A DNA stretch of 64,000 nt from Marsupella aquatica (Eukaryota; Plantae; Marchantiophyta). The stretch lies in the NCBI GenBank assembly GCA_973895155.1, contig OZ316892.1, forward strand, positions 29,642,932 through 29,706,931, read 5' to 3'. Under the pieces are notes generated by a model that did no database searches, was not told the origin of the DNA, and was given only the letters and a program-made list of their open reading frames with translations. This document shows positions 14,487 through 26,949 of this stretch, one piece after another (the first letter of the stretch is position 1; each line of letters starts with the position of its first letter). Made by a program: the position numbers and the translations under genes.

Positions 14487-17400
14487 ATGAATGGCAAGGA
14501 CATAAAGGAATGTCTGGAGATTTTATCCGAAGATTCCAAAATCATACTGTGCTTGATCTATGCCTGCAAAGAAAACCGGGTTCCAGAAGTGGTCTTGGGA
14601 CTTTTGTATGCGGCCGCAAACCCTTCAGAGAGGTTCCGTGAGTCAATTTACAATATGTCTATGATTTGTGGAGAATACCTTGAGAAGGCTACGGCTAATT
14701 CTCTTGCGCCGACGGATGACGAGCCGGGTGAATTTCATCAGAGAGACTTTAGAGCATGGTCTCTTAAGCCTTCCTTAAGAGACTACATGGACAACAATAA
14801 GGCTGTTCCAGAAAAAGAATGGTCTCTACTTGACACTTTGCTCGGTGGTCCCGAGCAAAGTGGTGAACACAACCGGAAGAGCGAGAAGACGAGAGTGGTA
14901 ACCGCTCTTTGTGCTTTATACCTTGACCATACTCATAAGCTCGACGTTGTGCGGAATGCCGCAACACGGGCAGCAACGGCGTGCTCGCTAATCTACTCGA
15001 ACGATCATATATTTGAATTTAGGAGAGCAATCGAGCCAATAATCTTCTTGCTGTATCCGTCAGTAAGGTACCGAATGAAAGAATCAAATCTGCACTACCT
15101 GAGACAGGTACCTCTTATTGCCCTTAAAGAGTCATTTGCCCGTTTATATAGACCCCGAATGATTCGACACAATCAGCGAATTGGTCAGCTACGTTCTGGA
15201 ATCCTCATTTACGTCGTTGTTTTTCTGTGCACCTTATGACCTTTTGATAATCATCTTGACTCAACTGAAACAGTTTCCAAAGCTTTCTTCTTGTGCTGCA
15301 CATAGTTTACTCATGATGATTCTCTGGGGGGCAGATATTCCTTCAGTACGTCTACGAACGCCAGCTTGACGACGCAAGCATCTCGAAATTGTTGACACTT
15401 GATCGTTATGCCTTAGAACCGCTAGCAGTTCTCACTGCTATCGAGCGCATTTATGTTGTACATAAGATTCCATTATTATCTGATGAACATCATCTTGAGT
15501 TTTTGGAGGTTCTTGCGGACCATTTGAAAGAGGATGAGAATGTCGACATTACAATTGTGAGGCCTGCCTGTGATGCGCTATATTCTATTTCCCAATTTTT
15601 CAGCGAAGCTGAAGACGACGAGTCAGTAGACGTTGTTGTTAATACACCCGGTATTTTGGCTGCGTTGGGACGCTTAATCAAAGAATACATTGCCAGCAAC
15701 ACTCCACGATCTGCAGAGAGACTTGCACATGCTGCGATTTGCATCCTACGTAATCTTTCAACTGCCAGTGAGGAGTCGACCAAGCTCCGCATTCTAAATG
15801 AAGACGGGATGATTAAGGTCCTCGCCATGGCTTTGTGCAAGCATGATGATACTTTCTTGCAGGAAATGGCAGCGACTACTTGGGGTAATCTATCCTGCGG
15901 AGTGGGCTACAAAGTTCTCCAAATTTTGAACGAACACGAGGAAACTCCAACGTCTACTTCGGAGAACTTACCATACCAAGGGGAGTTCATAAGCGAAGAT
16001 GGGGCTCTCGCGGGCCTAATGAGGTTGTTGGCCAACGATGGTCATCCCGATTTGCAAGAAAAGGCAGCGAGGGCTTTGATGCATCTCACAGCCGGACACG
16101 GAAACGGAAGGGAAAGATTAAATATCCAAATTCTGAAACAGCCCACAGTTCTTGCAGACCTTTTGAAGTCAATATCAAAAGATGATTATCCCGATTTGCA
16201 ACAATATGCCGCAGGGGCTTTGATGAATTTAGCGTTCGGACCGGACTCGTTGCGTTTCGAAATTTTGCAGGAGGATGGAGCTATCGCAGCACTTGTGAAC
16301 TCTTTGTCGAAGGACAGCAAACCCGATTTGCAAGGATATGCGGCTGCAGCTTTAAATTATCTAGCACAAGGACGGGAAAGCAGAAATATCGAAATTTTGA
16401 AGGAACCCATGGCTATTGTAAACCTTGTGAGGTCATTGTCCAAGGACGACAATCTCAATTTGCAGGTACACACCGCAGAGGTTTTCTTGTCTCTCTCTTG
16501 TGCAGGGGAGTCGACAAAACTCCGAATTGTGCGGGAAGATGGGGTTATCGCAGGCCTTGTGAGATCGCTATCCACAGATGCTTGTCCGCAATTGCAAGAA
16601 ACTGCTGCACGGGCTTTAATTAATTTGGCGAGCGGAGAGGAGTTAGTGCAATTCGAACTACTGGAGGCTGGAGCTCTGGCAGCACTTGTGCAGTCTTTGT
16701 TGAAGGACAACCGTCCCCGTTTGCAAGATTGTGCTGCACAGGCTTTGATGAATCTGTCACACGGAGGGGAAGGAACAAAAAGTAGAATTTTAAAGGAACC
16801 TATGGCTCTTGCAAATCTTGTGAGGTCAATGTCCAAGGACGATAATCCCAATTTGCAGGAAAATGCCGCAGAGGCTTTGTGTTTACTCTCCACTGGAGGA
16901 AATTCAATCAAACTCCAAATTGTGCGGGCAGATGGGGCTCTCGCACGCCTTGTGAGCTTCTTATCCAACGATGATTCTCCCGATTTACAAGGAGCTGCCG
17001 CAGGGGCGTTGATGCAGCTAACAACCGGAGAGGAGTCATTGCAACTGAACATTCTAAAGGAAGATGGAATTCTGGCAGCACTTGCGAAGAATTTGTTGAA
17101 AGACCACAATCCGTCTTTGCAAGAATGGGCGGCACAGACTTTCACCAATCTATCGTACGGAGGAGAAAGAATAAAACTGCAAATTTTCAATGAACCCATG
17201 GCTCTTGCAAATCTTGCGAAGTCTTTGTCCAAGGATAGTAATCCCAAATTGCAGGAAAATGCTGCCGAGGCTTTGATGATTCTAGCAGCACGAGGGAAGT
17301 CGGTGGTAGCCGCATTTTTGAAGGAAGAAGGGGTTCTGGTTGGGATTGTGAGCTTGTTATCAAAGGATGACCAGCCTCATTTGCAAAGTTATGGAGCAGC

Positions 17401-17761
17401 TATTTTGGGAAATCTAGCTTCCGGTGGTGAGTCAATCAAAATCCATATTATAAACCAAGATGGTGCTCTATCAGGATTTGTGAGCTGTTTGCTCAAAGGT
17501 CGTAACCTGCCGTTGCAAGAAACCGCACAAATGTGGGATATACGGCCTACAGAGCTAACTCCCAGTCCGCGGAGATGTGCTGCTCGAGCTGTCAAAATTT
17601 TATCAAGAGTGGAGAACAACTCAATGAAAGAGAAAATCAGAAACGAAGATGGGCTGTTAATTGGTCTGGCCGATCTGGCCAAGTGCGAGTCCGAGGGGGA
17701 TAGCTCTCCTTTGCAACAGGATGCGACGGAGGCGTTGAATAATCTTGTATACATTCTATAG
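14487..17761 (+). CDS. ARM-repeat protein with N-terminal winged-helix-like region, copy 2 (exons 14487-15107, 15335-17761; ~1015 aa)
   Basis: A phase-0 intron CAG|GTACCT...GCAG|ATATTC joins ORFs 14481 and 15389 in frame. About 14 ARM units; TATAAAA ~200 bp upstream; clear paralog of copy 1, including intron sequence. Confidence 0.85.
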
Positions 17762-18045
17762 CTGCCTGCAGATTCTATGAAGTCGATTTTTCAGACTCCC
17801 TACTGAAACCTTCTCCTATTTGCCAGATGCAGCACATAATTATGTAGATACCCACCCTGATTCCAATTCGAAAAGCTTCCACATTGCCGTAAGTTCGACA
17901 AGCCTAAGCAAGTCTGTGCATCTTCAATTTTGAAAGAGAGTTCTGGGGGCAGATTTCTGGCCAGGCTGTTTTTACTGATCTAGGAAAAAGCTGGAATGGA
18001 GTCTCCTCAGAACTTGACCCAAACCTGCTAACTCGGGTTGTAACT

Positions 18046-18421
18046 GTGAAAGGAGATCCCATGACCCCAGTCAAACAACATACTGGTAGGGCAGCCCTAA
18101 GGAGATCCCATAACCCTAGTCAAACTACTGGTAGGGTAGCCATTGTAACCGTGAAAGGAGATCCCATAACCCTAGTCAAACAATGCCCTGCTGGTAATCA
18201 CACATCAAAATGTGGCTGCATTCATTGATTGAAAGAAAAAAACTAGGGTTATCACGGTATGCAGGGGTGTCGTACATCATATATGTCATATTTTGATGTG
18301 CAGTTACCGAGACCCCAAACAATGTACTGGTACGGCAGCCTTTGTAACCGCAAAAGGAGATCCCATAACCCTAGTCAAACAATGTACTGGTAGGGCAGCC
18401 CTTGTAACCTCGAAAGGAGAT
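18046..18421. repeat. ~60-bp imperfect tandem repeat
   Basis: Recurring aaaggagatcccataaccctagtcaaacaatgtactggtagggcagcc, about 5 partial or full copies. Confidence 0.8.
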
Positions 18422-18839
18422 GTTCTTGTTTGTGACCATTCCTGCTGATGTGGCTCAACGTGGTGCCAGCTAGGGATTTTGGAAGGAGTTTCCCGGTCTG
18501 TAAAGAAGTGCTGGTTAAGAGCCAACTTGCATGTGAGCGGCACCAGAGCATATAAGTGAGTGAGGGAAAGATGTCTGCATGCTTGTTTGTTTATTCTCTT
18601 TCCAAAGGACAAGACCTCAAGAGCAAGATCTCAAGAGCATGAAAGTTTCTGGCCCTGGCCCTTGGTATTTGCACTTAGTAAAGCACAAGCCCTGCTGGAC
18701 TAGGATGATTTCCACAATATTCTCAATGAGTACTTTCATGCCATATATATGTGAAGTTCAGGGCCCCAAAAAGTATTGCCCTCTCCAAGTTTAAGGTCTA
18801 GTATTCCATAATATTCTCAATTAGTCCTTTTATGCCATA

Positions 18840-20668
18840 CTAGCCCAATGCCCGTGCGTTGCACAAAAGATGTCGCGGTGATAAAAGATGTCGAGGAGAG
18901 AAAAAAATGTCGAAGTGATAAAAGATGTCGAGGAGAGAAAAGATGTTGAGGTGAGCAAAAGATGTCGAGGAGAGAAAAGATGTTGAGGAGAGAAAATATG
19001 TCGAGGTGAGGAAAAGATGTTGAGGTGATAAAAGAAGTTGAGGAGAGAAAAAGACGTCAAAGAGAGAAAAGATGTCCAAGTGAGAAACATATGTTGAGGA
19101 GAGAAAAGATGTTAAGGAGAGAAATAGATGGTGAGATGAGAAAAAAAATTGAGGAGAGAAAATATGTCTAGGTGAACAAAAGATGTTGAGGAGAAAAATG
19201 TGTGCAAAGGAGAGAAAAAAAATTTGAGCAGAAAAACTATAAAGTAAAGCAACAGATTTTGAGGTGAGAAAATAAACTTGACACTTTGAGGTGAGAAAAA
19301 GATGTCAATGTGAGATTGAAAAAGAACATTGAGGTGAGGTAAATATGTCAAGGAGGGAAAACATGTCAATATGATAAAAAGTAGTCAAGGAGATAAAACG
19401 ATGTCAAGATGAGAAAAATATGTCAAGGCAAGAAAATTTGTCAAGTCAAGGCAAAGATATTGAGGCAAAGTATGTCCCAAGGTGCTATTGTGAAAGCAAT
19501 GTTGTGGCGAGGGTGAGAGCATGGGAGGGAACGCAAGATGGGGCGGCGGCTGGGGTGTTATGGGGTCAAGTGTGGTTGCCCTCAGCTATATGGAGGGAGA
19601 GAAATTCACGTTTTTTTCCTTTTTTTCTTCAATCTCCTCTTCCGTGCCCTTCCTTTCTCTCCTTCCAGTCTCCCATCCTGGCTCTTTGGCAGCCTCCCTC
19701 CCCCTTCCAACATGATTAAGAAAGAGAAGAAGAAACAACATGGAGCAAAAGATAAATGATCTTTCAGAAAAATGAAAATTTTCTTCTCCTTAGCAAGAAA
19801 ACAAAAACAAATCTGATACCAATGTAATGCACATGTCATTCTTGAAAGTATTTAGCCAGCACATGTATTTTGTAAATACCTACTTTAGAAGCAAAAATAT
19901 CCATGTTATTCACTTCCATAGGTGATCTTGTTCACTCAATCCAAGGGTGTCAAAATCATTGAAATATATGTGATGGTATTGGTTTGTTCCTTCCATTTCC
20001 ACTTTTGTAGATTGCACTAACTCTTTGAGATGGGATAGTTTTTTATAATGTGATTTCAAATATGACATATACACAAACCCATTGCCCTAACTTGCATTGC
20101 ACATTTGTCATTACAACCATTTCATTGTTACAATCATTTATCACTCAGGCCTTTTTGTTGTTGGGGCCATTTTATTCTTGGGGCCATTGTGTCTTTGGTC
20201 AATAAGGTTATTGCAATAAAGAATATAGGATTGAATCTTAATGTAACTTGGAAAAAGTACTTTATAGAGATTAGAGAAAAAACAATTTTTCTTTTCTACT
20301 CCTAGTACACTTAATTTTTTTTTCCATTTTCCTATAAATCATCCCTTTTGAACTCACTTTTACTTTACTTGAATGGGGCAATCATGTGCGGTCTACTTAG
20401 ATTTTCTTGTCATACCCATCTACCCATGATAGCCACATGTGAACTCACATTCAATTCCCAATGATCTTTTTTTAGATGTTTGTGTATGAGTCTAGGTGTG
20501 AATGGAAGCCCATCCGTGCACAAACTCTTTATTCTTCCTTACACAGATCTGATGGGCAGGAAAATTTAAGTTTTAAATCCAATGGTCATAATGAGTTCCC
20601 TCCAAAAGTGGATTTTGTAAGCAGACGATGAGCACAAAAAGGCGGGATTGTATATTATAGTGAGTAGA
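18840..20668 (-). mobile_element. Non-autonomous Helitron (~1.83 kb)
   Basis: The minus strand begins TCTACT (20668) and ends GTGCAACGCAC hairpin + GGGCATTGGG + CTAG (18840). It is inserted between A and T with no target duplication. Confidence 0.8.
18866..19470. repeat. ~20-bp GA-rich minisatellite inside the Helitron
   Basis: Consensus gaaaagatgt(c/t)gagg(a/t)ga, decaying to the right. Confidence 0.9.
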
Positions 20669-21689
20669 TTTGAAATTCAGGGCCCCAAAAAGTAGGGCGT
20701 TCTCTAAGTTTAAGGTCTACCCAACTAGTTTTCCTTGTGGGAGCGGAAGATGGCTCTCACAACTTTTATGGGGGTTTCCAGTCAAGACCTTATCTTGGTA
20801 CCACAAGTACTGAGACGCCCTAACCGGCAGCTCGGGTTCCATCGACCCACCTGTGGTTACCCGTGACTTCCTCTGGTTAGGGTTTCCCTTGCCGCAACTT
20901 TGAGATATTGTGGGTCGCTCTCTCGATTTCGCTCCACCTTCGTATATATCAACTACGCCTTCTTCCTTGGCAGCTCAAATCTTCTTGTTTACAGGAATGC
21001 CGATGGTGATCGTGCAGCTGGTTGGATTCTTCCCATGCTCACCACGCAGAGATTGGATATTTCCCAACATTTTGATCCTTTGTTCACCACGTAGAGTTTG
21101 GATTTTTCCCCACATTTGGATCTCACTGTGAGAGCTTGGAAGGAGGGGTGGAATTCTCAGACGGAAAAGATTTCCGAGATGCTGTGCTTGAGAGAATGAT
21201 TAGTTCGATAGTTCACAATCTGTCCCCACGACTGTACTTTGCATCAAGGTATGGGTGTTTGCCTGGATTCTACCTGTCCTTCAGTCTGGGCCTGTCTTCG
21301 TAGCATCGCACCATCTATTGTGTGTATTGCGTCTTCTTGCTGTTGTGAAGCTGGTAGTGTGACACAGAGTTTGTTTCTTGTGAGGAGAGTACACTCTCTG
21401 ATGATGAACTAGGAAACCTCAGGAACGTCACTTCGTTCCTGTTTTACAGTGTTTTAGCGTGTCTTTCAGCTCGTCCGTCGGCGTTGAGGTGCCCCAATCG
21501 AAGTAAGGTGGGTTTCCAGTTTGATTTGGTTCCGAGCGATTGTGCATAAGGTTTCCCTCTTGGACACTACTCAGGTTTCTCTGTCCTATCCGATTCTTGT
21601 TTTAGTCAGGCTAAAGAGCTCCATGTTTAGTAATCTGTGCAAAGGTTTGTCGTCTTAAGTTCCTGTGAGTAGACAGGGTACTGGTTCGG

Positions 21690-22042
21690 TGATGATTAGG
21701 CAATATTTCTGACACCTCTTGTACGAGAGAAGTGGTATATCCTCTTTCTCGGTGAACGGATATGCTTCCATCTGAGGACTTATGGAGTGAGAATAGCCCG
21801 GTATCGTGGGTTAGACACGCAGAGTTCGATTTGATTGTCACATCAGAGATGCACCGGTTACTGGACGGTCAGCTGGAATAAGTAACAGTAGGTCTCCCAT
21901 ATTGATGTAGAATGCGAGTCGGTCCCTGGCGGACTGTATTCGAGTCCTCTGTTCTATGATGATTAGGCTTTATTTCTGACACCTCTTGTACGAGAGAAGT
22001 GGTGTTCCCATTTCTCGGTGAACGGAGATGCTTACATCTGAG
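21690..22042. repeat. ~85-bp direct repeat pair (starting ~21690 and ~21958) in an unassigned region
   Basis: gatgattaggc..tatttctgacacctcttgtacgagaagtggt...tttctcggtgaacgga.atgctt.catctgag occurs twice. Confidence 0.75.
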
Positions 22043-23836
22043 AACTTGACATACTTTGTGTAGTGCAGTGGTCTGTTTTTAAGGTCCAGAGCACTGTCAA
22101 GAAGTAGTCAGCCTCGTTCGTGAGTGTCCAAAACTCACGGGCTTGCAAATATGGTAGAAGTAGTCCAGGTGTTTCAACAGGCGGATTAAGCTCAAGGAAT
22201 GAACCTGTTTTCGAGATCTGTAGAGTGTCTTCTGAAGTGATTGACTTCTTTGATTGACTTTTCAAGTTGGCTGATACTTGAATATATCGCTACAATCTGG
22301 ATGACACATACGGACAGGAATCTTCTGTATGACTTACTAACCCTCATCGATACATTCTGAATTTTGCCCGAGACCTTCCACTCTACTTTTGCCTAGAGGG
22401 GTGGGTGGGCTGAACATGCTGGTAACTGCATTCCGAATGTGGAAGTTTGATCTAACCTTGTGATCCTGCACAATATGGGAATGCATGTTCTCTCGTTTGA
22501 GCTGTATGTTTGAAAGAATCAAGGCGGAATTCTTTCAAACATACAGCTCAAACCCAGATTCTTTCAAACATACAGCTTTCTGTACTTTCACTCCCGGAAG
22601 TTCTTTGGAAATGCTTATCAGCCCTACTGCCGCCTCCCAATGAGCAGAATAATTTTCTGGGTCGCCTGTTAAGAAGCACATTACTCAAGAACAAAAACGT
22701 TGAAGGAAGATTTCCATTTCAAGCTAGGCAATGATGTATATCAAACTTACCCTTTGGCATCTGACACCGAGCAAAGTCTTTCTTGATCTGATCGAAAGGG
22801 CGTAACAGTGAGCAATAAGAGTGGACCACTATGAGGCAGTGAGGTGTAGATGCCTGAGGAGTTTTGTCCAAAACGCTTCAATCTGTAATATGGGACTTGG
22901 CCAATAAAGAAGGCAATTATACATGACCCAATATCAAGTCCTAAGAATGTCGAAGGTGTAAGAAGCACCTCACAGCGAAATGGTGGTCTGTCTCGACAAC
23001 AAAAAGGAGAGCGATAATCCAAGGACTACAACCCCACACGCAGCGAGCCCTCGACCAACGGAATCATTTTAGTACAATGGACAGGCCACTCCTTGAATGG
23101 AATGTGTGGGACCCTACCAACACCAAACATATTTACCAGTCTCGATGGACCCACGTATCGAGAATTCAGGAGAGACAAATTGAAAAAGAGCATGAAAGCG
23201 TTACGAAAAGCAGTCCACAGTTCTAGCCAAACTCACCGGCAATATACAAAAGTAACTTGGCAGAAAGTAACTTGGAAGTTATCGTACGTTGTTCGATGTC
23301 TCAGGGACAACGAAGGAAAACGTTCCTCAAAGTCCACTAAAGTGCAACCAGAAAGTGCAGCCAGAAAGATTTAATCAATTGGGCTTCTGCGCACTCACGG
23401 GGGCCCTTTTCAAGTAACGCACTTAAACGCTCTTGTTTCATGAAAACGATCCAACGTGAATCGCTCGAAAATTCTGCCAAGGGAGTGCCGCAGTTAGCTT
23501 AAGTGACTAGTATCAGGAACTGACCATGCCACACTAAAGTGAACGCACGAAGAAGAAGTGGACCTACTCACCAATACATTTTGGCATGCTTTTATCCTGG
23601 CAACACAATCAGATTTCGTTCTTGGAACGGGACCCAATTGGATTCCAGGAGGACACGAAACAAGTAGCAGTAAATCAGCTGAAAGGAGCTACTGTTGTAA
23701 TCTCCCGGAGTGAAGTCCAACCGGCCAGATTAGCCTATGTGGTTCAGCTGAAAAAGAATTAGGGCGGATCGAGATTAATGATGATGTTTATCCTTGCCAT
23801 GGAACGTCTTCAGAGTACGTCGAAGGAACCAGTAGT

Positions 23837-24171
23837 TCGGGTGTAGTAATTGAGTTGGGTTTTTAGAGGTTTTGCTTCGAAGTGCCGCATTGGTGTTGAA
23901 AAGCCTTCCGACCAGACTGCCTTGCTCTTAGAAGGGAACAGGAAGGAGGATAGATTCAGGACGATGTGGCCATGGAGCGGCTACCTGTGTGCAATGCTGC
24001 TCCTCGGGTGTAAGTATTGAGTTGGGTTTTTAGAGGCTTTGCTTCGTGGTGCTGCATTGGTGTTGGAAAACTTTCCGACCAGAAAAGCCTTGCTCTTAGA
24101 AGGGAACAAGAAGGAGGATTGATTCAGGGAGATGTGGCCATGGAGGGTGGGCTACCTGTGTGCAATGCTGC
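23837..24171 (+). repeat. ~168-bp tandem duplication of the fucosidase 5' leader and start codon
   Basis: The two ATGTGGCCATGG starts lie 168 bp apart (23964 and 24132) within aligned flanking sequence. Confidence 0.9.
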
Positions 24172-26949
24172 TCTCCGTTTTGGCGAGCTTGGTGAGAGTA
24201 GGGCGGAGCAATTTGTACCCCACTCCACCGCTTCCGCTTGGGCCAATCCCATCCGCTTCCCAGCTCGCATTCCAAGAAAGAGAGTTGGCGATGTTCTTCC
24301 ACTTCGGAATGAACACATTCACTAACTCTGAGTGGGGTTCTGGAGCAGACGACCCCGCCCTGTTCAATCCATCCAAGCTGGATACCGATCAGTGGATAAG
24401 CGTGGCCCAAGCTGCGGGGTTTAAGTTAGTGATCCTCACCGTCAAGCATCATGACGGATTCTGTCTCTGGCAAACGAAATATACGAACTATTCCGTGGCC
24501 AGCAGCCCATGGAAGGGTGGCTCTGGTGATGTGCTTCAAAACTTTGTCACTTCAGCTAAAAAAGCAGGAATGAAAGTCGGAATCTACCTCTCTCCCTGGG
24601 ATCGACACGACGAGAGCTATGGTGACAGTTCGGGCTACAATGAGCATTACCTGGCCCAGATCCGAGAAATTCTGACCAAGTATGTCGATCCCTTTCATCC
24701 TCGACTCTATAGTAGTGATTTCCAAAAGTGTACTTGTTGGGAAGAGTTTGCTCTTCAGGAATTGAGACTGGTGTAGTCCTCAACCATGATGGTTTCCGTC
24801 ACCTAACATTGCTTAGTGAGACTGCTTCCCAAAATCTCAAGGCAAGTTCATGAAGTCAACGTCGATACTTGGTTTTGAATCCTTGTGGGCCAGGGGAGCC
24901 ACGATTTCTTGCCTTGCTTTCAGTTTCTCTGCATGTGCAATGGGTCTGTTTTCTTTTTCTAAGCTCGAGTGTATGTAACGCTTCTATATTGCTAGTCTCG
25001 GTACTGTATCGTCTAGACTGTATTGACGGAGAGCTTTTTGTAAGTGGCATTCACATTACTTGGTTGAAATTGGGTTTCCACAAACACGATTTCAGGACTG
25101 TACGGATGTTATTTGGACCTTCAATGTGTCCAAGATTTTATTGCTGCAGCTCTGCTTTGGTAAGATTTTTGGTAATTCTCTTTCCGGAGTCTTATCATGT
25201 GTGTTTTGAGTAGGGTCTCCTCCCACACGCCTCCCCTACTGTCTTGGGGACTGAGTTTTCACAAAGATGGTCCTCATGACTATGACCAGCTTTGTTGTAC
25301 TTGCATATGCACAGTATGGACTGCTGGGAGTATTTTCTGCCATTGAATCCTTACGGGAGGATGTTGTTTATGCTTTGGGCAGGCAGGGAACAATTTCAGA
25401 AGTTTGGCTGGACGGTGCGAAAGGTGAAGATGCAGTTGACATGAACTACCTTTTCGAAGACTGGTTTGATGTTATCAAACAACTGCAACCCAGTGCGAAT
25501 ATCTTCTCAGATTCGGGACCAGATGTTCGATGGGTGGGAAATGAGTATGGATCAGCCGGTTCGACCTGCTGGGGCATGATAAATTCTTCACAAGTTACCA
25601 TCGGCCATGGTGGAGATGCCGTAGAGTAAGCATCCTCTTACTAACTTCAGTTTTTGATCGCTGAAAATGAAAGAATTTTAAAGATGGGGGATACATTTGG
25701 GTTACGATGTAGGTCACGAGCATGCTTGTCAATAGAAATGATGCACAGTAGCAAATACTCGAGACTGACACTTGAACTACCAGCTTCACCGTTTGAAATT
25801 GGAGCTCTGATGAACTGAAAGAGAAGGTATTAGGGTTTAGGGTAGAGCTTCTCTTTCAGCTCATCAAAGCTCTGAAAAAAATAGGGCTTTAGTCTCTTTT
25901 TGTCTATTAAAATGGCAGATAGATGCTACTTGTATGCTCAATTCTTCTGCCCCTTAGACCAAACAATTAAACCACTTCTCTTCTCAGAAAATTATGTATT
26001 TGGGGTGGGCTCCGGTACGGAAATGTAGTGTTCTTAGACCTTCAGTAATCAATCTTACCACGCTGAGATATGATGCTGGAATAAATTCTCTTCTGAAGGT
26101 TGATTGTACACAAATTTCTTTCCTTTCGAGCCACAGCGTCATGGCAGTGCCTGCGTCTCCTCTAAGTTCTGATTATTTTGTCTGCAATTGTGTCTTTGCA
26201 GTTATTTAAATATCGGTGATCCCTATGGCACCGATTGGGTACCAGCGGAATGTGATGTTTCCATTCGGCCAGGCTGGTTCTGGCATGCTAGCGAGGAGCC
26301 TTGGCCTCTCTCGAGTCTCATAGAACTCTACTTCAGCTCGGTGGGGAGGAATTGTGTGTTGCTTCTCAATGTTCCTCCCAACAGTTCAGGTCTCATATCT
26401 GAAGAAGACACTCAAGTACTGCTGCAATTCAGGATAGCAATGGAGTCCATCTTTTCTGTCAATCTAGCAGCTGGAGCCTTGGCCACTGCAAGTAGTACAC
26501 GCGGAGAAAACATATTGGGGTCCAGCAACTCTCCTTTCTCACCCTCCCAAGTTCTGGATGAAGATCTGGATACATTTTGGACTCCAGAAGGAGTTGTGAT
26601 CGAATCCTACTTGGAGTTTGAGTTAACTTCGGTTGTTGCTTTCAACGTCCTAAAGGTCCAAGAGGCAATCAGCTTGGGCCAAAGAGTCTCCAATTTTAGT
26701 CTTTACATTTGGGTTGATGACCGTTGGGAGCTGGTGACGACGGGTACAACCATAGGATTCAAACGGCTCAGCAGACTTCCACTTGTTCAGGCCAACCGTG
26801 TTCGCCTTCAGATTGACTCAGCACGAGGCCCTCCAGTGATTTCTTCGATCGGTTTATATTTTGATGAAGTTTTGGTAGCGAATCCAATGATCCTGTCTGC
26901 CCACAACATTACAAGACATTACTTCAAGGAGATGGACTTCTCAGATTGA
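24132..26949 (+). CDS. FUC1: Alpha-L-fucosidase, GH29 (exons 24132-24679, 25383-25625, 26202-26949; 512 aa)
   Basis: Signal peptide; motifs FHFGMNTF, KHHDGFCLW, YLSPWDRH, EVWLDGA, RWVGNE, ECDVSIRPGWFWH, SVGRN; C-terminal F5/8-like domain; two phase-2 GT-AG introns. Confidence 0.94.

Noticed and set aside
16357-17247. Long antisense ORFs over the ARM genes (also 1181-1771 and 2075-2479)
   Set aside because: Shadows of the repetitive sense-strand coding sequence, with no independent motifs.
18830-19369. Phe/Ser/Leu-rich ORFs (also 48248-48651 and 62998-63937 alternative frames)
   Set aside because: Translation artefacts of minisatellites or low-complexity repeats.
20720-23380. Possible solo LTR or gene
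   Set aside because: No confident TG...CA ends with a target duplication and no recognisable ORF; left unassigned.
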